DNA of 64,000 nucleotides from positions 2,208,001 through 2,272,000 of the forward strand of contig OZ244065.1 of NCBI GenBank assembly GCA_965215505.1, given 5' to 3'. Positions 46,036 through 55,567 of this stretch are shown one piece after another (the first letter of the stretch is position 1; each line of letters begins with the position of its first letter). The position numbers and the translations under genes were made by a program. The notes beneath the pieces were generated by a model that ran no database searches, was not told the DNA's origin, and was given only the letters and a program-made list of their open reading frames with translations. The DNA comes from Capsulimonadaceae bacterium (GTDB taxonomy: Bacteria > Armatimonadota > Armatimonadia > Armatimonadales > Capsulimonadaceae).

Positions 46036-46794
46036 CTACACGTCCAGGATGACGCGGGCGGCTCCACCGAGGCGGGCGGCGGTCTCGGGGCGCAGGAACC
46101 GGCGTTGGTCGAGCTGCTGGGGCAGACCCCGGCGGGTGAAAAAGGAATGGAGCGCGCCGCGCGAGCGGTCGCTGCCGTTAGGAGTCCCGCCGTGCCAGAC
46201 GTGCGAGTTGAAGACGGCGACCGTCCCCGCAGGGGCGAGCAGAAGTACCTCGTCGGGGTGCGGGGCGGAAGGGTCTGCCACCACGTCACCGGGATACTTG
46301 CCGCTCCGGTGGGTGCCGGGGACCAGCCTGGTGGGGCCGTTGTCGGGCGTGAAGTCGTCGAGCAGCCAGATCGAGTTGCACACATCATAAACGCCCGGCG
46401 CGGGGGGCAGGCCGCCGTCGTTGTGCAAGGCCTGGAGGCCCTCACCGGGGAGGGCGGCGCGGCTGTTGAGCGACGACAGCTTCAGGTCGCCGCCCAGGAC
46501 GTGCGCGACGGCGGCCAGCACGCGCGGGTGCGTGAAGCAGACTTCAAACATCGGGTCCTTGTTGACGAGGTCGGAGAGCCGGTCCGCCCCCGCCTCCTGA
46601 TGGACTTCTTTGCCCGCGTCCTCGCCTTCTTGCAAGGACAGCTCGCGCGTCCGCCGCCGCAGGGCGTCCACCTGTTCCAGGCTGAGGATGCCGGGCAGCG
46701 GCAGGAAGCCGTCGCGGTCGAGTTGGTCTTTCTCGGCGGCGGTCAGCGTGTCGTCGCGGACGCCCAGGGCGTAGAGTGCTTCGGCGATGGTCAT
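46036..46794 (-). CDS. Phytanoyl-CoA dioxygenase family protein
   Basis: QALHND (HxD), DFTPDNGPTRLVPGTH and HVWHGG. Confidence 0.9.
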   Translation of the reverse strand: MTIAEALYALGVRDDTLTAAEKDQLDRDGFLPLPGILSLEQVDALRRRTRELSLQEGEDAGKEVHQEAGADRLSDLVNKDPMFEVCFTHPRVLAAVAHVLGGDLKLSSLNSRAALPGEGLQALHNDGGLPPAPGVYDVCNSIWLLDDFTPDNGPTRLVPGTHRSGKYPGDVVADPSAPHPDEVLLLAPAGTVAVFNSHVWHGGTPNGSDRSRGALHSFFTRRGLPQQLDQRRFLRPETAARLGGAARVILDV

Positions 46795-46831
46795 TGTCGA
46801 TCTTCCGACGGGAGATGGGAGTAGTAAAGAG

Positions 46832-46887
46832 AAGGGCGCGATTCATCGCGCCCCACACGGTCCGCCCCGTAGAGGCCTTGCCCCTAC
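46832..46887. repeat. GTAG-type REP palindromes
   Basis: AGGGCGCGATTCATCGCGCCCCAC and GTAGAGGCCTTGCCCCTAC. Confidence 0.7.
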
Positions 46888-48035
46888 CGCACGGAGAACT
46901 GGTACACCGTCGTCTGGTGGTACGTCTCGCCGGGCTTCAGTTCGGTCGTCGGGAACTCGGGGTGGTTCGGCGAGTCGGGGAAGTGCTGGGCCTCCAGGGC
47001 GAACGCGCCCCGATGAGCGTAGGTTTTGCCGCCCTTGCCCTTGAGCGTGCCGGTCAGGAAATTGCTGGAGTAGAACTGGACGCCGGGCTGGTCCGTGTAT
47101 TCGGTGAGGACCCGGCCCGTGCGGGGCGAGTAGGCGCGGACGGCAAGCCGGAGGCCGCTGCCGTTGATGATGAAGTTGTGGTCGTAGCCGCTGCCGGTCG
47201 CGAGCTGCGCGTCTTTCACGTCAATGCGCTCGCCGATGGCGTGGGGCCGGCGGAAGTCGAAGGGCGTTCCGGCGACCGGGCGCGAGGGTCCGAGCGGGAT
47301 CTGCGTCTTGTCCACAGGCGAGAACCGGTCGGCGTTGACCATCAGCCGGGTCGCAAGGACCGTCCCGTTGCCCGCGCCGTTCAGGTTGAAGTAGGAGTGG
47401 TTGGTCGGGTTGAAGACGGTGTCCTTGTCGGTCTTGGCCGTGTAGACGATCCGCAGGGCGTCGTCGTCCGTCCAGGTGTAGACAACGGTGACATCGAGGT
47501 TTCCGGGGAAGCCTTCGTCGCCATCCTTACTGAGCAGGCTCAGGGCCAGACCGACGCTGCCGGGGTGCTTGACGGGGACGGCAGTCCAGACCCGCTTGTC
47601 GAAGCCGACCTTGCCTCCGTGCAGGCTGTTCGGGCCGTTGTTGACGAACAGCTTGTAGGTCTGATTATCCAGCGTGAACCGGCCCTTGGCGATCCGGTTA
47701 CCGTAGCGGCCGATGAGCGCGCCGAAGTAGGGGCTGTCTTTCTCGTAGCGCGGGATGGAGTCGAAGCCCAGCACGACATCGCCGAGCCGCCCGCGCCGGT
47801 CGGGGACGAGGATGGACTGCACGATGCCGCCGTAGTTGGTGATCTTCACCTGCGCCCCGCGCGCGTTGGTGAGGGTGTAGAGCGAGACGGCCTCGCCGTT
47901 CTTGGTCTTGCCGAACGGCGCTCTGGTGATGCTGTCTGCCGACGCCGATGCCGCCAGCAGGGCCAGGGCGCTGCCCGCCAGTCCAGCCAGCCCTATGTTG
48001 CGCGCAAATGACTTCATGGTCGTAAATGACTTCAT
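46884..48035 (-). CDS. galM: Aldose 1-epimerase (galactose mutarotase), secreted
   Basis: GRYGNRI, LHGG, NPTNHSYFNL, GYDHNF and EAQHFPDSPN; GGAGGAGG RBS; signal peptide. Confidence 0.95.
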   Translation of the reverse strand: MKSFTTMKSFARNIGLAGLAGSALALLAASASADSITRAPFGKTKNGEAVSLYTLTNARGAQVKITNYGGIVQSILVPDRRGRLGDVVLGFDSIPRYEKDSPYFGALIGRYGNRIAKGRFTLDNQTYKLFVNNGPNSLHGGKVGFDKRVWTAVPVKHPGSVGLALSLLSKDGDEGFPGNLDVTVVYTWTDDDALRIVYTAKTDKDTVFNPTNHSYFNLNGAGNGTVLATRLMVNADRFSPVDKTQIPLGPSRPVAGTPFDFRRPHAIGERIDVKDAQLATGSGYDHNFIINGSGLRLAVRAYSPRTGRVLTEYTDQPGVQFYSSNFLTGTLKGKGGKTYAHRGAFALEAQHFPDSPNHPEFPTTELKPGETYHQTTVYQFSVR

Positions 48036-48228
48036 GGTCAATGAATGTCCTCCTCCAAACAGTGTGCCTTGAAACAGTGTGCCTCGTTTCAGGCTGCCGC
48101 CATGATACCACAACCGCGCGTTTATGGCAAATGTGCCGGGGAGAGGGGCCCCCACCCCCTGCCCCCGCAAGCGGGAGAGGGGAGCCGGAGAGGAAGGGCG
48201 CGGACGAGGAAGGGGAGACAGATGAAGA

Positions 48229-48300
48229 AGGGCGCACACGCAGGTGCGCCCCTACGGGCGCAGGGGGGGGCGGTGTAGGGGCACGATTTATCGCGCCCTC
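48229..48300. repeat. Pair of GTAG-type REP palindromes
   Basis: AGGGCGCACACGCAGGTGCGCCCCTAC and GTAGGGGCACGATTTATCGCGCCCT. Confidence 0.8.
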
Positions 48301-48323
48301 CTGCCTGGCCTTCTTCTGCCGCC

Positions 48324-49013
48324 TCACGCCACCGTGTACCATGAATCAATCACGGTGATGCCGGTGTAGTTGGGCCGCTCGGAAACAGTCGCGCCCTGGA
48401 AGGTGAGGCCAAAGTCCAGGGGCGTCTCGGTCCGCGCGAGACGCAGGACGTGGCCCTTGAAGTCCAGCGTGACGCCGCCCGTGGCGGCACGGCGCACCGC
48501 CAGCCGCCAGACCGGGGTGTCTGACCCGAAGGCGCGCAGGTTATTGGTGTCTAAATGTGCCAGGAGCAGTCCGCCGGGCGCGAGCATGGCGTAAGCGTGT
48601 TGGAGGAAGCCCAACTTATCGCCAACGTAATGCAGGCCGTGAACGCAGGTGACGAGGTCAGCGGGCCGATCCAGGGTGAACGCAGCGACATCCGCCGCCG
48701 TCAGGGTGACATTGGACACCTGCTCCGGCGTGAACATCTTCACCAGGTCCACGCCGACGATCTGGACCTGACGGCCCCACTCGGAGGCGGCGAACTGCTC
48801 CCCGGCCTCCACCGGCGCGCGCCCTTCCCCGCAGCAGGCGTCGTACCACAGGGCTGCGCCGCGCTCCTGGACGCGCCCGGCCAGGAAGTCCGTGAGGGAG
48901 AAGCGCAACTCGCGCTCATAGGAGTTGACGCCGCTAAAGCCGCGTCCCCGGTTCATGGTGGCGTTAGCGACGACGGGGGAGGCGAGGAGTTCGTCGGGGC
49001 GCAGCAGGGTCAT
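48324..49013 (-). CDS. Class I SAM-dependent methyltransferase
   Basis: WYDACCGEG, GVDLV and DLVTCVHGLHYVGDKL. Confidence 0.85.
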   Translation of the reverse strand: MTLLRPDELLASPVVANATMNRGRGFSGVNSYERELRFSLTDFLAGRVQERGAALWYDACCGEGRAPVEAGEQFAASEWGRQVQIVGVDLVKMFTPEQVSNVTLTAADVAAFTLDRPADLVTCVHGLHYVGDKLGFLQHAYAMLAPGGLLLAHLDTNNLRAFGSDTPVWRLAVRRAATGGVTLDFKGHVLRLARTETPLDFGLTFQGATVSERPNYTGITVIDSWYTVA

Positions 49014-49609
49014 GGGAGATTGGCTTGAGAGTATCCGGCCCGGCGGAGACTGATGAGCGCCTGCGGATAGGGGTCACGTTCCACCAGTTCCTTGACTTTG
49101 AGGGCGCATTGCTCGGCGGACGAGACCGACGTGTCCAGTTCAAGGTCATAGACCCCATGCCGATGGACCTGGCTCAACTGGCGCTCCGCCTGCCCCTCCG
49201 CACGGTCCCCGCGCGCCAGCTCCCGCCGCCGCAGTTCCTCCAGGGGACAATGCACTCCGATGAGATAGACGGTGTAGGGGGCCAGCAGTTCCAGGCACTC
49301 TTCCAGCCAGTTGTAAGGCTCCACTTCCTGAATGAGAAGGTGGTCCACAATCAGGTTACTGCCGGCAGCGGCGAGTGCCGCCACCGAATGATGGAAGCCG
49401 GAGAGCAGCCGGTTAAACATGGGCTGCCATAGGGGTGAGCCAGGTTCTGCGAACTTGTCACGCCCCGGCATCATGTCCTCGAAGCTGTCTATGGGGACGT
49501 GTAGATAGGGCGTATCCATGACCTGCTGCAAGGATTTGGCGAGGGTTGTCTTGCCGGAGCTGGAGGTGCCGTTGAGGAGTATAATCGTGACGGCTTCTCT
49601 GTCTTCCAC
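49010..49609 (-). CDS. Chloramphenicol phosphotransferase-like P-loop kinase
   Basis: ILLNGTSSSGKTT, IGVHCPLEELRRRELARGDR and YDLELDTS. Confidence 0.88.
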   Translation of the reverse strand: MEDREAVTIILLNGTSSSGKTTLAKSLQQVMDTPYLHVPIDSFEDMMPGRDKFAEPGSPLWQPMFNRLLSGFHHSVAALAAAGSNLIVDHLLIQEVEPYNWLEECLELLAPYTVYLIGVHCPLEELRRRELARGDRAEGQAERQLSQVHRHGVYDLELDTSVSSAEQCALKVKELVERDPYPQALISLRRAGYSQANLP

Positions 49610-49717
49610 GGTTCATCGTCCCCGCACGGGCCACGCCAAACAGCATCACCTATGGGCGTGCCACCTAGTCAGTGGCACGGAGCATAAACATCCGGGGATA
49701 TTGAAGGAGTGTAAATA

Positions 49718-49790
49718 TGGGCCCAGAGGGATTCGAACCCCCAACCTACCAGTTATGAGCCGGCAGCTCTAACCGTTGAGCTATAGGCCC
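49718..49790 (-). tRNA. tRNA-Ile2(CAT) (CAU anticodon, Ile-type body)
   Basis: GGGCCTATAGCTCA 5' end; anticodon arm GCCGG-CTCATAA-CTGGT; T loop TTCGAAT. Confidence 0.88.
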
Positions 49791-50602
49791 TCAACACCGT
49801 TATTATAGCATATTCTCTCGACCGTGTTGATAGCCCTGCGGACTTTATCCCAGTCTTGTTCCGGGGGTTTCCGGTTCAAGGCGTTGGTCAGCCAGGTAGA
49901 GCGGTCTTGCTGCTCCCGGACAAGCTGGTCAAGATCAATCTTTATGTCTTGGCGCAGGCCTCCCGCGAGGACGGCGACGACTCGCTCCGACATGGCCGCC
50001 ATGAACCGCTCGTGGAACGATCTCACTTCCTCCACGAAGGCGGAGACGGGCAGGGTGATCTCCCCGGCGGTCGCCTCCCAGACAGGCAAGGCATCGAGCG
50101 TTACCGCCCGGTTATCCCACCGGAGGTGGAATGTGTCACCCTGCACCCAGAGCCACACCTTCGGCGGGTGGCACAGGAAACCGGCATCCCAGCTACGTTC
50201 CGACCACCACAGGAAGGCGGTGTTGCACAGGCCCCAGGAGTGTTCGTCATCGCGCCCTTCTGCCCACGCCCACGCTCCGTCTTGCAGCTCCTGCCACGTC
50301 TGCTTGCCCTCGATGCGTTCCGCGAGATCGTCAGGGACAGGCTCAAGGATGTCGGGGAGGCGGTCGAGCAGGTCTTCCCAAGGCCGCACGATCTGGTAAT
50401 CCATATAAGGCAGAGATTTTGGACGCTCCGGGACCTCGGCGGTCCAATAGTCAAGGACCGGCTGCGTATATCGGAAAAGCTCTTGGTTGCCTGCCTGCCA
50501 CCAGCACCACCCGTCGGATAGGCCGAACCAGTGCAGGACGGGCTGGTCCCCGCCCCACGGCTCGACTTCCTCTAAAGGGCGCAAGCGGAGTCGAAAGAGC
50601 AT
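49781..50602 (-). CDS. DUF5984-like hypothetical protein
   Basis: MLFRLRLRPLEEVEPWG...LHWFGLSDG...DYQIVRPWEDL. Start placed at ATG 50602, after the upstream gene ends. Confidence 0.7.
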   Translation of the reverse strand: MLFRLRLRPLEEVEPWGGDQPVLHWFGLSDGWCWWQAGNQELFRYTQPVLDYWTAEVPERPKSLPYMDYQIVRPWEDLLDRLPDILEPVPDDLAERIEGKQTWQELQDGAWAWAEGRDDEHSWGLCNTAFLWWSERSWDAGFLCHPPKVWLWVQGDTFHLRWDNRAVTLDALPVWEATAGEITLPVSAFVEEVRSFHERFMAAMSERVVAVLAGGLRQDIKIDLDQLVREQQDRSTWLTNALNRKPPEQDWDKVRRAINTVERICYNNGVEGL

Positions 50603-50607
50603 ATCTC

Positions 50608-51123
50608 TCACCACACACGCTTGGCCCAGCTCACCACGGCGTCGGCGACGGAGTGGGTGACGCCGCCGAGGACGAGGCCGATCAGGGCGCAGACGGCCCA
50701 GGAGGGGTGGGCGCTGGTCCAGTCGGTGGTGTACCCCCAGAAGCCGCCTAAAACGGCATCGCGGTTGACGGGGATGCCCGCCAGGATGAGCAGCCACAGG
50801 ACGGAGCGCATCAAGGCCCAGAGCATGACGAGGAAGTAGGCGACGCGGAAGATGGGGCCGAAACCGATGCCGTGCGAGACCCACGACCGGTGCGGGACGA
50901 GCTTCTGGTAGGGCCACCAGAGGAACCGGAAGGCCCCCCAGCGCTTGTAGGCGATGGAACGGGTATCCAGGTCATCGGACAGCCAGAAGCCGGAGAAGAG
51001 GTAGGCGGTCAGGCCGACCGTCAGGCCCACCCAGTCCCGCGCGGGCGCTTCCAGCCACCAGACGGGAACGGCGGCGAGGGCGGTGATGACGGTCAGTTTG
51101 TCGTGTGTCTTGCCGCTGGGCAA
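50608..51123 (-). CDS. DUF2227 putative metal-binding membrane protein
   Basis: PSGKTHD, SDDLD, WWPYQKLVPHRSWVSHG and HSVAD. Confidence 0.85.
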   Translation of the reverse strand: MPSGKTHDKLTVITALAAVPVWWLEAPARDWVGLTVGLTAYLFSGFWLSDDLDTRSIAYKRWGAFRFLWWPYQKLVPHRSWVSHGIGFGPIFRVAYFLVMLWALMRSVLWLLILAGIPVNRDAVLGGFWGYTTDWTSAHPSWAVCALIGLVLGGVTHSVADAVVSWAKRVW

Positions 51124-51126
51124 TGC

Positions 51127-53070
51127 TTACCGTCCGAACTTCCGGTCGAGGTCGACGTTGGGCAGCTCGACGATGATGGGCCTGCCGTGGGGGCAGGTGT
51201 AGGGGTTTTCGGACCGCAGCAGGTCGGCGACGAGGGCGTTCATCTCGTCGAAGGAGAGCGGGTCGCCGGCCTTGACCGCCATCTTGCAGGAGGCGGTAAT
51301 CAGGACCTCCTCGGCGGGCAGCAGCAGGCGGCGGGAGACGGACTTTTCGACCAGCTCGTCCACGATCTCGCGCAGGACCTCCTCGGGTCCCCCCTGCGCC
51401 TTCAGGTGCTTCTGGGCGACCGAGGCGGGCACGGAGCGGACGACGAACGAGTCGCCGCCAAACGGCTCCAGGTCGAAGCCGGCCCGGTGCAGGTCTTCCA
51501 GGCGCTTCTCGATGACAAGCGCCTCGCGGCGCGACAGCTCCAGCGTGAACGGCATCATCAGCCGTTGTGTGGGGACGCCCCCGCCCGCGCCTTCGGCCCC
51601 GGCCAGCAGCTTCTCGTACAGGACACGCTCGTGGGCGATGTGCTGGTCAATCAGGACCAGGGCGTCGTCGGTCTGGGCGAGGATGTACATGTTGCGCGTC
51701 TGGGCAAGGACACGCAGGGTGGACAGGTCGTGGCCCCGGTAGTCGGCGCCGGTAGCGGCCACCGGTTCCGGGGCGGCCTGGACTGGCATGGGGGCACTGC
51801 TCCCCCCCTCAAATGGGTCTTCGTCCATCGCCTGGCGGGCGCGCTCCTGGTAGGCATCGTGGAAGGCGGTCATGTCGCGCGGCTCCTGGCGCGTGTTCCC
51901 GGCAGGGCGGGAGGGCACGGCCAGCAAGGTCGGGTGTTCGCGCTCGATGCGCTCGCGGGGGGACTCGCGCGGGGAGGGCGCGGCAAGAGAAGAGGGCGCG
52001 GCAAGCGGCACCCCGACGTCTTCACGAGAAGAACGCGGGTTCATCTTCTGCGTGATCGTAGGGACCAGGCCGCCGGCCATCAGCGCCTCGCCGACGGCCT
52101 TATAGACGGCGGCGTAGATGTCGCCCTCGCGGGTGAAACGCACCTCGGTCTTGGTCGGCGAGACGTTGACGTCCACCTGCGACGGGTCCACGTCAATCAT
52201 CACGACGGCGGCCGGGTAGCGCGTCCCGTGGAGGGTCTGGACGCTCTTGTAGGCTTCGTCGAGGGCGCGCGTGACGGCCTTGTTGCGGACGAACCGGGTG
52301 TTGACAAACGTATGCTGAGCCGACCTTGACGTCTTCAAGGCGGCCGGCGTTCCGATGAAGCCCGTCACGCGCAGGCCCGCCGCGTCGTGGTTCAGGGGGA
52401 CGAGGTGCCGGGCCGTCTCGCGCCCGAAGACGTGGACGCAGGCGTCCATCTGCGACCCACCGCCCCCCGACGCGAAGACCTCGCCGCCGCTGTGGAGCAG
52501 GCGGAAGGAGACATCGGGCCGGGCCAGGGCGAACCGCTGCATCAGCTCGACGATGTGGCTGAGTTCGGTGGACGATGATTTCAAGAACTTGAGCCGGGCG
52601 GGGACGTTGTAGAACAGGTTCTCGACCGTGATGCTGGTGCCGGTTCGTGCGCCGACCTCGGAGACTTCCTCCAAATTGCCGCCCGAACACCGGATCTGCA
52701 CCCCCGCGCCCTCATCGTCCCCGGCGGCCTTGGTCACGACGGTCATCTGCGAGACGGAGGCGATGGACGGCAGGGCCTCGCCCCGGAAGCCCATGGTCGT
52801 GATCTGGAACAGGTCGTCCGCCGAGCGTATCTTGGAGGTCGCGTGGCGCTGGAGCGACAGCACGGCGTCCTCGCGGCTCATGCCGCTGCCGTCGTCGGTG
52901 ACGCGCAACAAGTACTTGCCGCCCTCTTCGAGTTCGACCAGGATGCGCCGCGCCCCGGCATCCAGGGCGTTCTCCACCAGCTCCTTGACGGCGGCGGCGG
53001 GCCTCTCGACGACCTCGCCCGCCGCGATCTGGTTGGCGGTATTCTCGTCTAGTATCTGTACTTTACTCAT
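51127..53070 (-). CDS. mutL: DNA mismatch repair endonuclease MutL
   Basis: IAAGEVVERP, GFRGEAL, DQHIAHERVLYE, SCK and CPHGRP. Confidence 0.98.
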   Translation of the reverse strand: MSKVQILDENTANQIAAGEVVERPAAAVKELVENALDAGARRILVELEEGGKYLLRVTDDGSGMSREDAVLSLQRHATSKIRSADDLFQITTMGFRGEALPSIASVSQMTVVTKAAGDDEGAGVQIRCSGGNLEEVSEVGARTGTSITVENLFYNVPARLKFLKSSSTELSHIVELMQRFALARPDVSFRLLHSGGEVFASGGGGSQMDACVHVFGRETARHLVPLNHDAAGLRVTGFIGTPAALKTSRSAQHTFVNTRFVRNKAVTRALDEAYKSVQTLHGTRYPAAVVMIDVDPSQVDVNVSPTKTEVRFTREGDIYAAVYKAVGEALMAGGLVPTITQKMNPRSSREDVGVPLAAPSSLAAPSPRESPRERIEREHPTLLAVPSRPAGNTRQEPRDMTAFHDAYQERARQAMDEDPFEGGSSAPMPVQAAPEPVAATGADYRGHDLSTLRVLAQTRNMYILAQTDDALVLIDQHIAHERVLYEKLLAGAEGAGGGVPTQRLMMPFTLELSRREALVIEKRLEDLHRAGFDLEPFGGDSFVVRSVPASVAQKHLKAQGGPEEVLREIVDELVEKSVSRRLLLPAEEVLITASCKMAVKAGDPLSFDEMNALVADLLRSENPYTCPHGRPIIVELPNVDLDRKFGR

Positions 53071-53112
53071 ATGTGAACCCTACTCATGGGTGTTACCAGG
53101 GGCACCACCCGA

Positions 53113-53229
53113 GTGCCGGGGCTATAGAAAGCCCCGGCAATAACCCGCCCTTCGGGCGAAGAGGGACCCAGCCAGGAGTCCCTGGTCCGAAGGACATTTC
53201 CTTGCCGGGGCTTTCTACAGGCCCGGCAC
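53113..53229. repeat. REPIN-like inverted-repeat element, subfamily 3
   Basis: GTGCCGGGGCTATAGAAAGCCCCGGCAA ... TTGCCGGGGCTTTCTACAGGCCCGGCAC; inner GCCCTTCGGGC/GTCCGAAGGAC. Confidence 0.75.
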
Positions 53230-53239
53230 ACAGCCTCAG

Positions 53240-54361
53240 TCACTCACTCGCGCTGCTTCCTTCAGTCCCCCGCGCCGTCTCGCCCAGGATATAGTCTACG
53301 ACGGCCTCCATGCGGTTCGTTTCCGCGAAGACCGCGCGCTGTCGCATGGCCCCGTTGCCCCCGCGCAGGACCTCCGCCGTCAGCGCCGAGACCTCGTCCC
53401 AGTCGCCGGCTTCTTCCAAGGCGGGCCGCACGAATGTCAGCAAGGACTGAACAAGATTAGCGGCGGGGACGGAGCGGCCCGCCTCGATGTCGATCAGCTC
53501 ACCTTCCAGCCCGTAGCGGGCCGCCCGCCAGTGGGCCGCGCGGAGCAGTTCGGGCCGGGCTGGCTCAAACTGCCCGTCTCGCTGATCGTAACACATCCGG
53601 GCGAGGGCGCGGACCAGCCCAGCGAGCAGAACGGCCTCGTCCACGCGCAGGCAGACGTCGGCGACGCGGAACTCGACGGTGGGCGTCTTCTCGGGCAGAC
53701 GGATATCCCAGTAGATCTTGCTGGCATCGCTGATGCTGCCCGTCGCTACCAACGCCTGCACCAAGGCGTCGTGCTCGGCGCGCGAGGAGAACGGCAGGGG
53801 CGGTCCGGCCAGTGGCCAGCGCACCCAGAGTTCCGTGCGGTAGCTGGCATAGCCGGTGTCCACGCCCTCCCAGAAGGGCGAGTTGGCGCAGAGGGCCACC
53901 AGGGGCGCGAGCCACTGCCGGGCGCGGTTCATCACGGCCACGCCCGCTTCGGGGTCGGGCAGGCCGACGTGGACATGGCAGCCGAAGATGACGAGTTCTT
54001 TGGCGAGCTGCCCGTACTGCTCGGCCATGCTCTCGTAGCGCTCCTTGGGCGTGATCGGCTGCTCGTCGCTGCCGGAGAACGGATGTGTCCCCGCCGCCCC
54101 GATTTGGTGGCCGTCCTTCGCGGCGGCATCCAGCAGCGCCCGCCGCGCCCGGATCACCTCGGCGCGGACCTCAGCCAAAGTCGCGCAAACCGGCGTCGCC
54201 ATCTCGATCTGCGAGGCGTGGAACTCGGGCTGCGCGTTCTCGCCCAGCACGTTTTCCGCCTGTGGCAAGACCTGCGCGACGCGGGGCCGCAGCCGCCGCG
54301 TGTGCGGGTCTATGATCTGGTATTCTTCTTCGACGCCGAGTGTGAAGTCTTGCGTGGGCAT
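53240..54361 (-). CDS. Carboxylate-amine ligase (YbdK/GCS2 family)
   Basis: TLGVEEEYQ, FGCHVHVG, NSPFW, YWDIR and TVEFRVAD. Confidence 0.93.
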   Translation of the reverse strand: MPTQDFTLGVEEEYQIIDPHTRRLRPRVAQVLPQAENVLGENAQPEFHASQIEMATPVCATLAEVRAEVIRARRALLDAAAKDGHQIGAAGTHPFSGSDEQPITPKERYESMAEQYGQLAKELVIFGCHVHVGLPDPEAGVAVMNRARQWLAPLVALCANSPFWEGVDTGYASYRTELWVRWPLAGPPLPFSSRAEHDALVQALVATGSISDASKIYWDIRLPEKTPTVEFRVADVCLRVDEAVLLAGLVRALARMCYDQRDGQFEPARPELLRAAHWRAARYGLEGELIDIEAGRSVPAANLVQSLLTFVRPALEEAGDWDEVSALTAEVLRGGNGAMRQRAVFAETNRMEAVVDYILGETARGTEGSSASE

Positions 54362-54384
54362 GGTCTGTTTCTCTCCGAGGGCGC

Positions 54385-54804
54385 TTACCGGATGAACAGG
54401 ATGGGGCATAGGCCGAGCGGGACGAGCGCGTTCATCTCGTGATGGTCCGAAGTGACCACCTCTCCACTCAGGCGCATCGCCAGTGCTACACAGAAGCAGT
54501 CGCCCAAGGAAAGCGTGTGCGCCCGCTTGAGCTTGCCGACCTCACGCCAGAATGCTCCGTCCATGTCTTCACGGATAGCGACCTTCAACCCTATGATAGT
54601 TGCCACGGCACTTTCCGCCGTCGCCTCATCGTTCTGACGCAGGAAGTGGTAGTACATCTCGCACAGGTTGACCGCGTGGGCGGCCTTCTGCTTCCCGGCG
54701 TCGGTCAGCACATCTTCGACCACTTCTGACCCAGGCTCGCCTTGCAGGAACGCGATGAGGGCGCTGGCATCCAGCACAGAATAGGTCTGCGGCGAGTTCA
54801 CCAA
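54385..54804 (-). CDS. vapC: VapC family PIN-domain toxin
   Basis: VLDASALIAFL, VNLCE, LSLGDCF and VVTSD. Confidence 0.9.
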   Translation of the reverse strand: MVNSPQTYSVLDASALIAFLQGEPGSEVVEDVLTDAGKQKAAHAVNLCEMYYHFLRQNDEATAESAVATIIGLKVAIREDMDGAFWREVGKLKRAHTLSLGDCFCVALAMRLSGEVVTSDHHEMNALVPLGLCPILFIR

Positions 54805-55058
54805 TGGCGTTCCTCCAGCAACTTCTCATAGACCTTGTTCCGCATGAACTCGTAGCTGCCGCCGCTGATGTGCGAGAACATCCCGCGCGCCGCCTTGACA
54901 CGCGCGCGCAGTTCCTCCTCTTCCTGCTGCTCATCACTCAGCAGAGCCGTTGACTTCTCTCTCACCGCCTCTTCCGCCAGTTTGTCCGGCGTCGTCCCCT
55001 GCCGCGCCGCCGCCTCCTGCAATGCTTTCCCCGTCTCCGGGCTGAGTGTGATCGTCAT
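54798..55058 (-). CDS. Putative antitoxin (VapB-like)
   Basis: MTITLSPE...QGTTPDKLA RHH-like N-terminus; overlaps the vapC start. Confidence 0.75.
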   Translation of the reverse strand: MTITLSPETGKALQEAAARQGTTPDKLAEEAVREKSTALLSDEQQEEEELRARVKAARGMFSHISGGSYEFMRNKVYEKLLEERHW

Positions 55059-55450
55059 GGCCGCCTCGTCCTTTCCATCGCGACTTCGGAAACCGCGAAA
55101 CCCATCTTCCGCCAGAAGCCCTCGCTGCCGTGCCCGGCCCGCAGGACCCAGGTGATCTCGGGGGCGTCCCCCATCAGGTGCCGGACCAACTCGCGTCCGA
55201 TCCCCTGCCCCCGCCGCTCCTCGGCCACGGCGACCATGGACAGGTAGCCGTTGGAGACGCCGTCGCACAAGGCGCGCGCGAAGCCGACCACCCGGCCCTC
55301 CTCCCAGGCAACGACGGTGCGGTCCGCTCCCTGCATCATCCGCGCGAACCGGTCGGGGTCGGCGACGCGGTGCGCCCAGCCATTTTCGGAGAGGAAGCTA
55401 CGAACGGCTTCATGGTCCTGTGGAATGACGGGGCGGTAGTCCAGGGTCAT
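55055..55450 (-). CDS. GNAT family N-acetyltransferase
   Basis: VAVAEERRGQGIG motif A; FWRKMGF. Confidence 0.9.
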   Translation of the reverse strand: MTLDYRPVIPQDHEAVRSFLSENGWAHRVADPDRFARMMQGADRTVVAWEEGRVVGFARALCDGVSNGYLSMVAVAEERRGQGIGRELVRHLMGDAPEITWVLRAGHGSEGFWRKMGFAVSEVAMERTRRP

Positions 55451-55567
55451 CTTCGGGGTGCCTTGCGCTTGTCAATGAGCGAGTGAACGCTTTGCCGGCG
55501 AGGGCTTCGGCGAGCCTCGGCGCGAACGGGAGGTCTGTCGGGGCCATCGGTTCTTCTCATCCGCCCT

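Noticed and set aside
49010-49609. Bona fide chloramphenicol resistance gene
   Set aside because: Family-level similarity only; substrate cannot be inferred from sequence.
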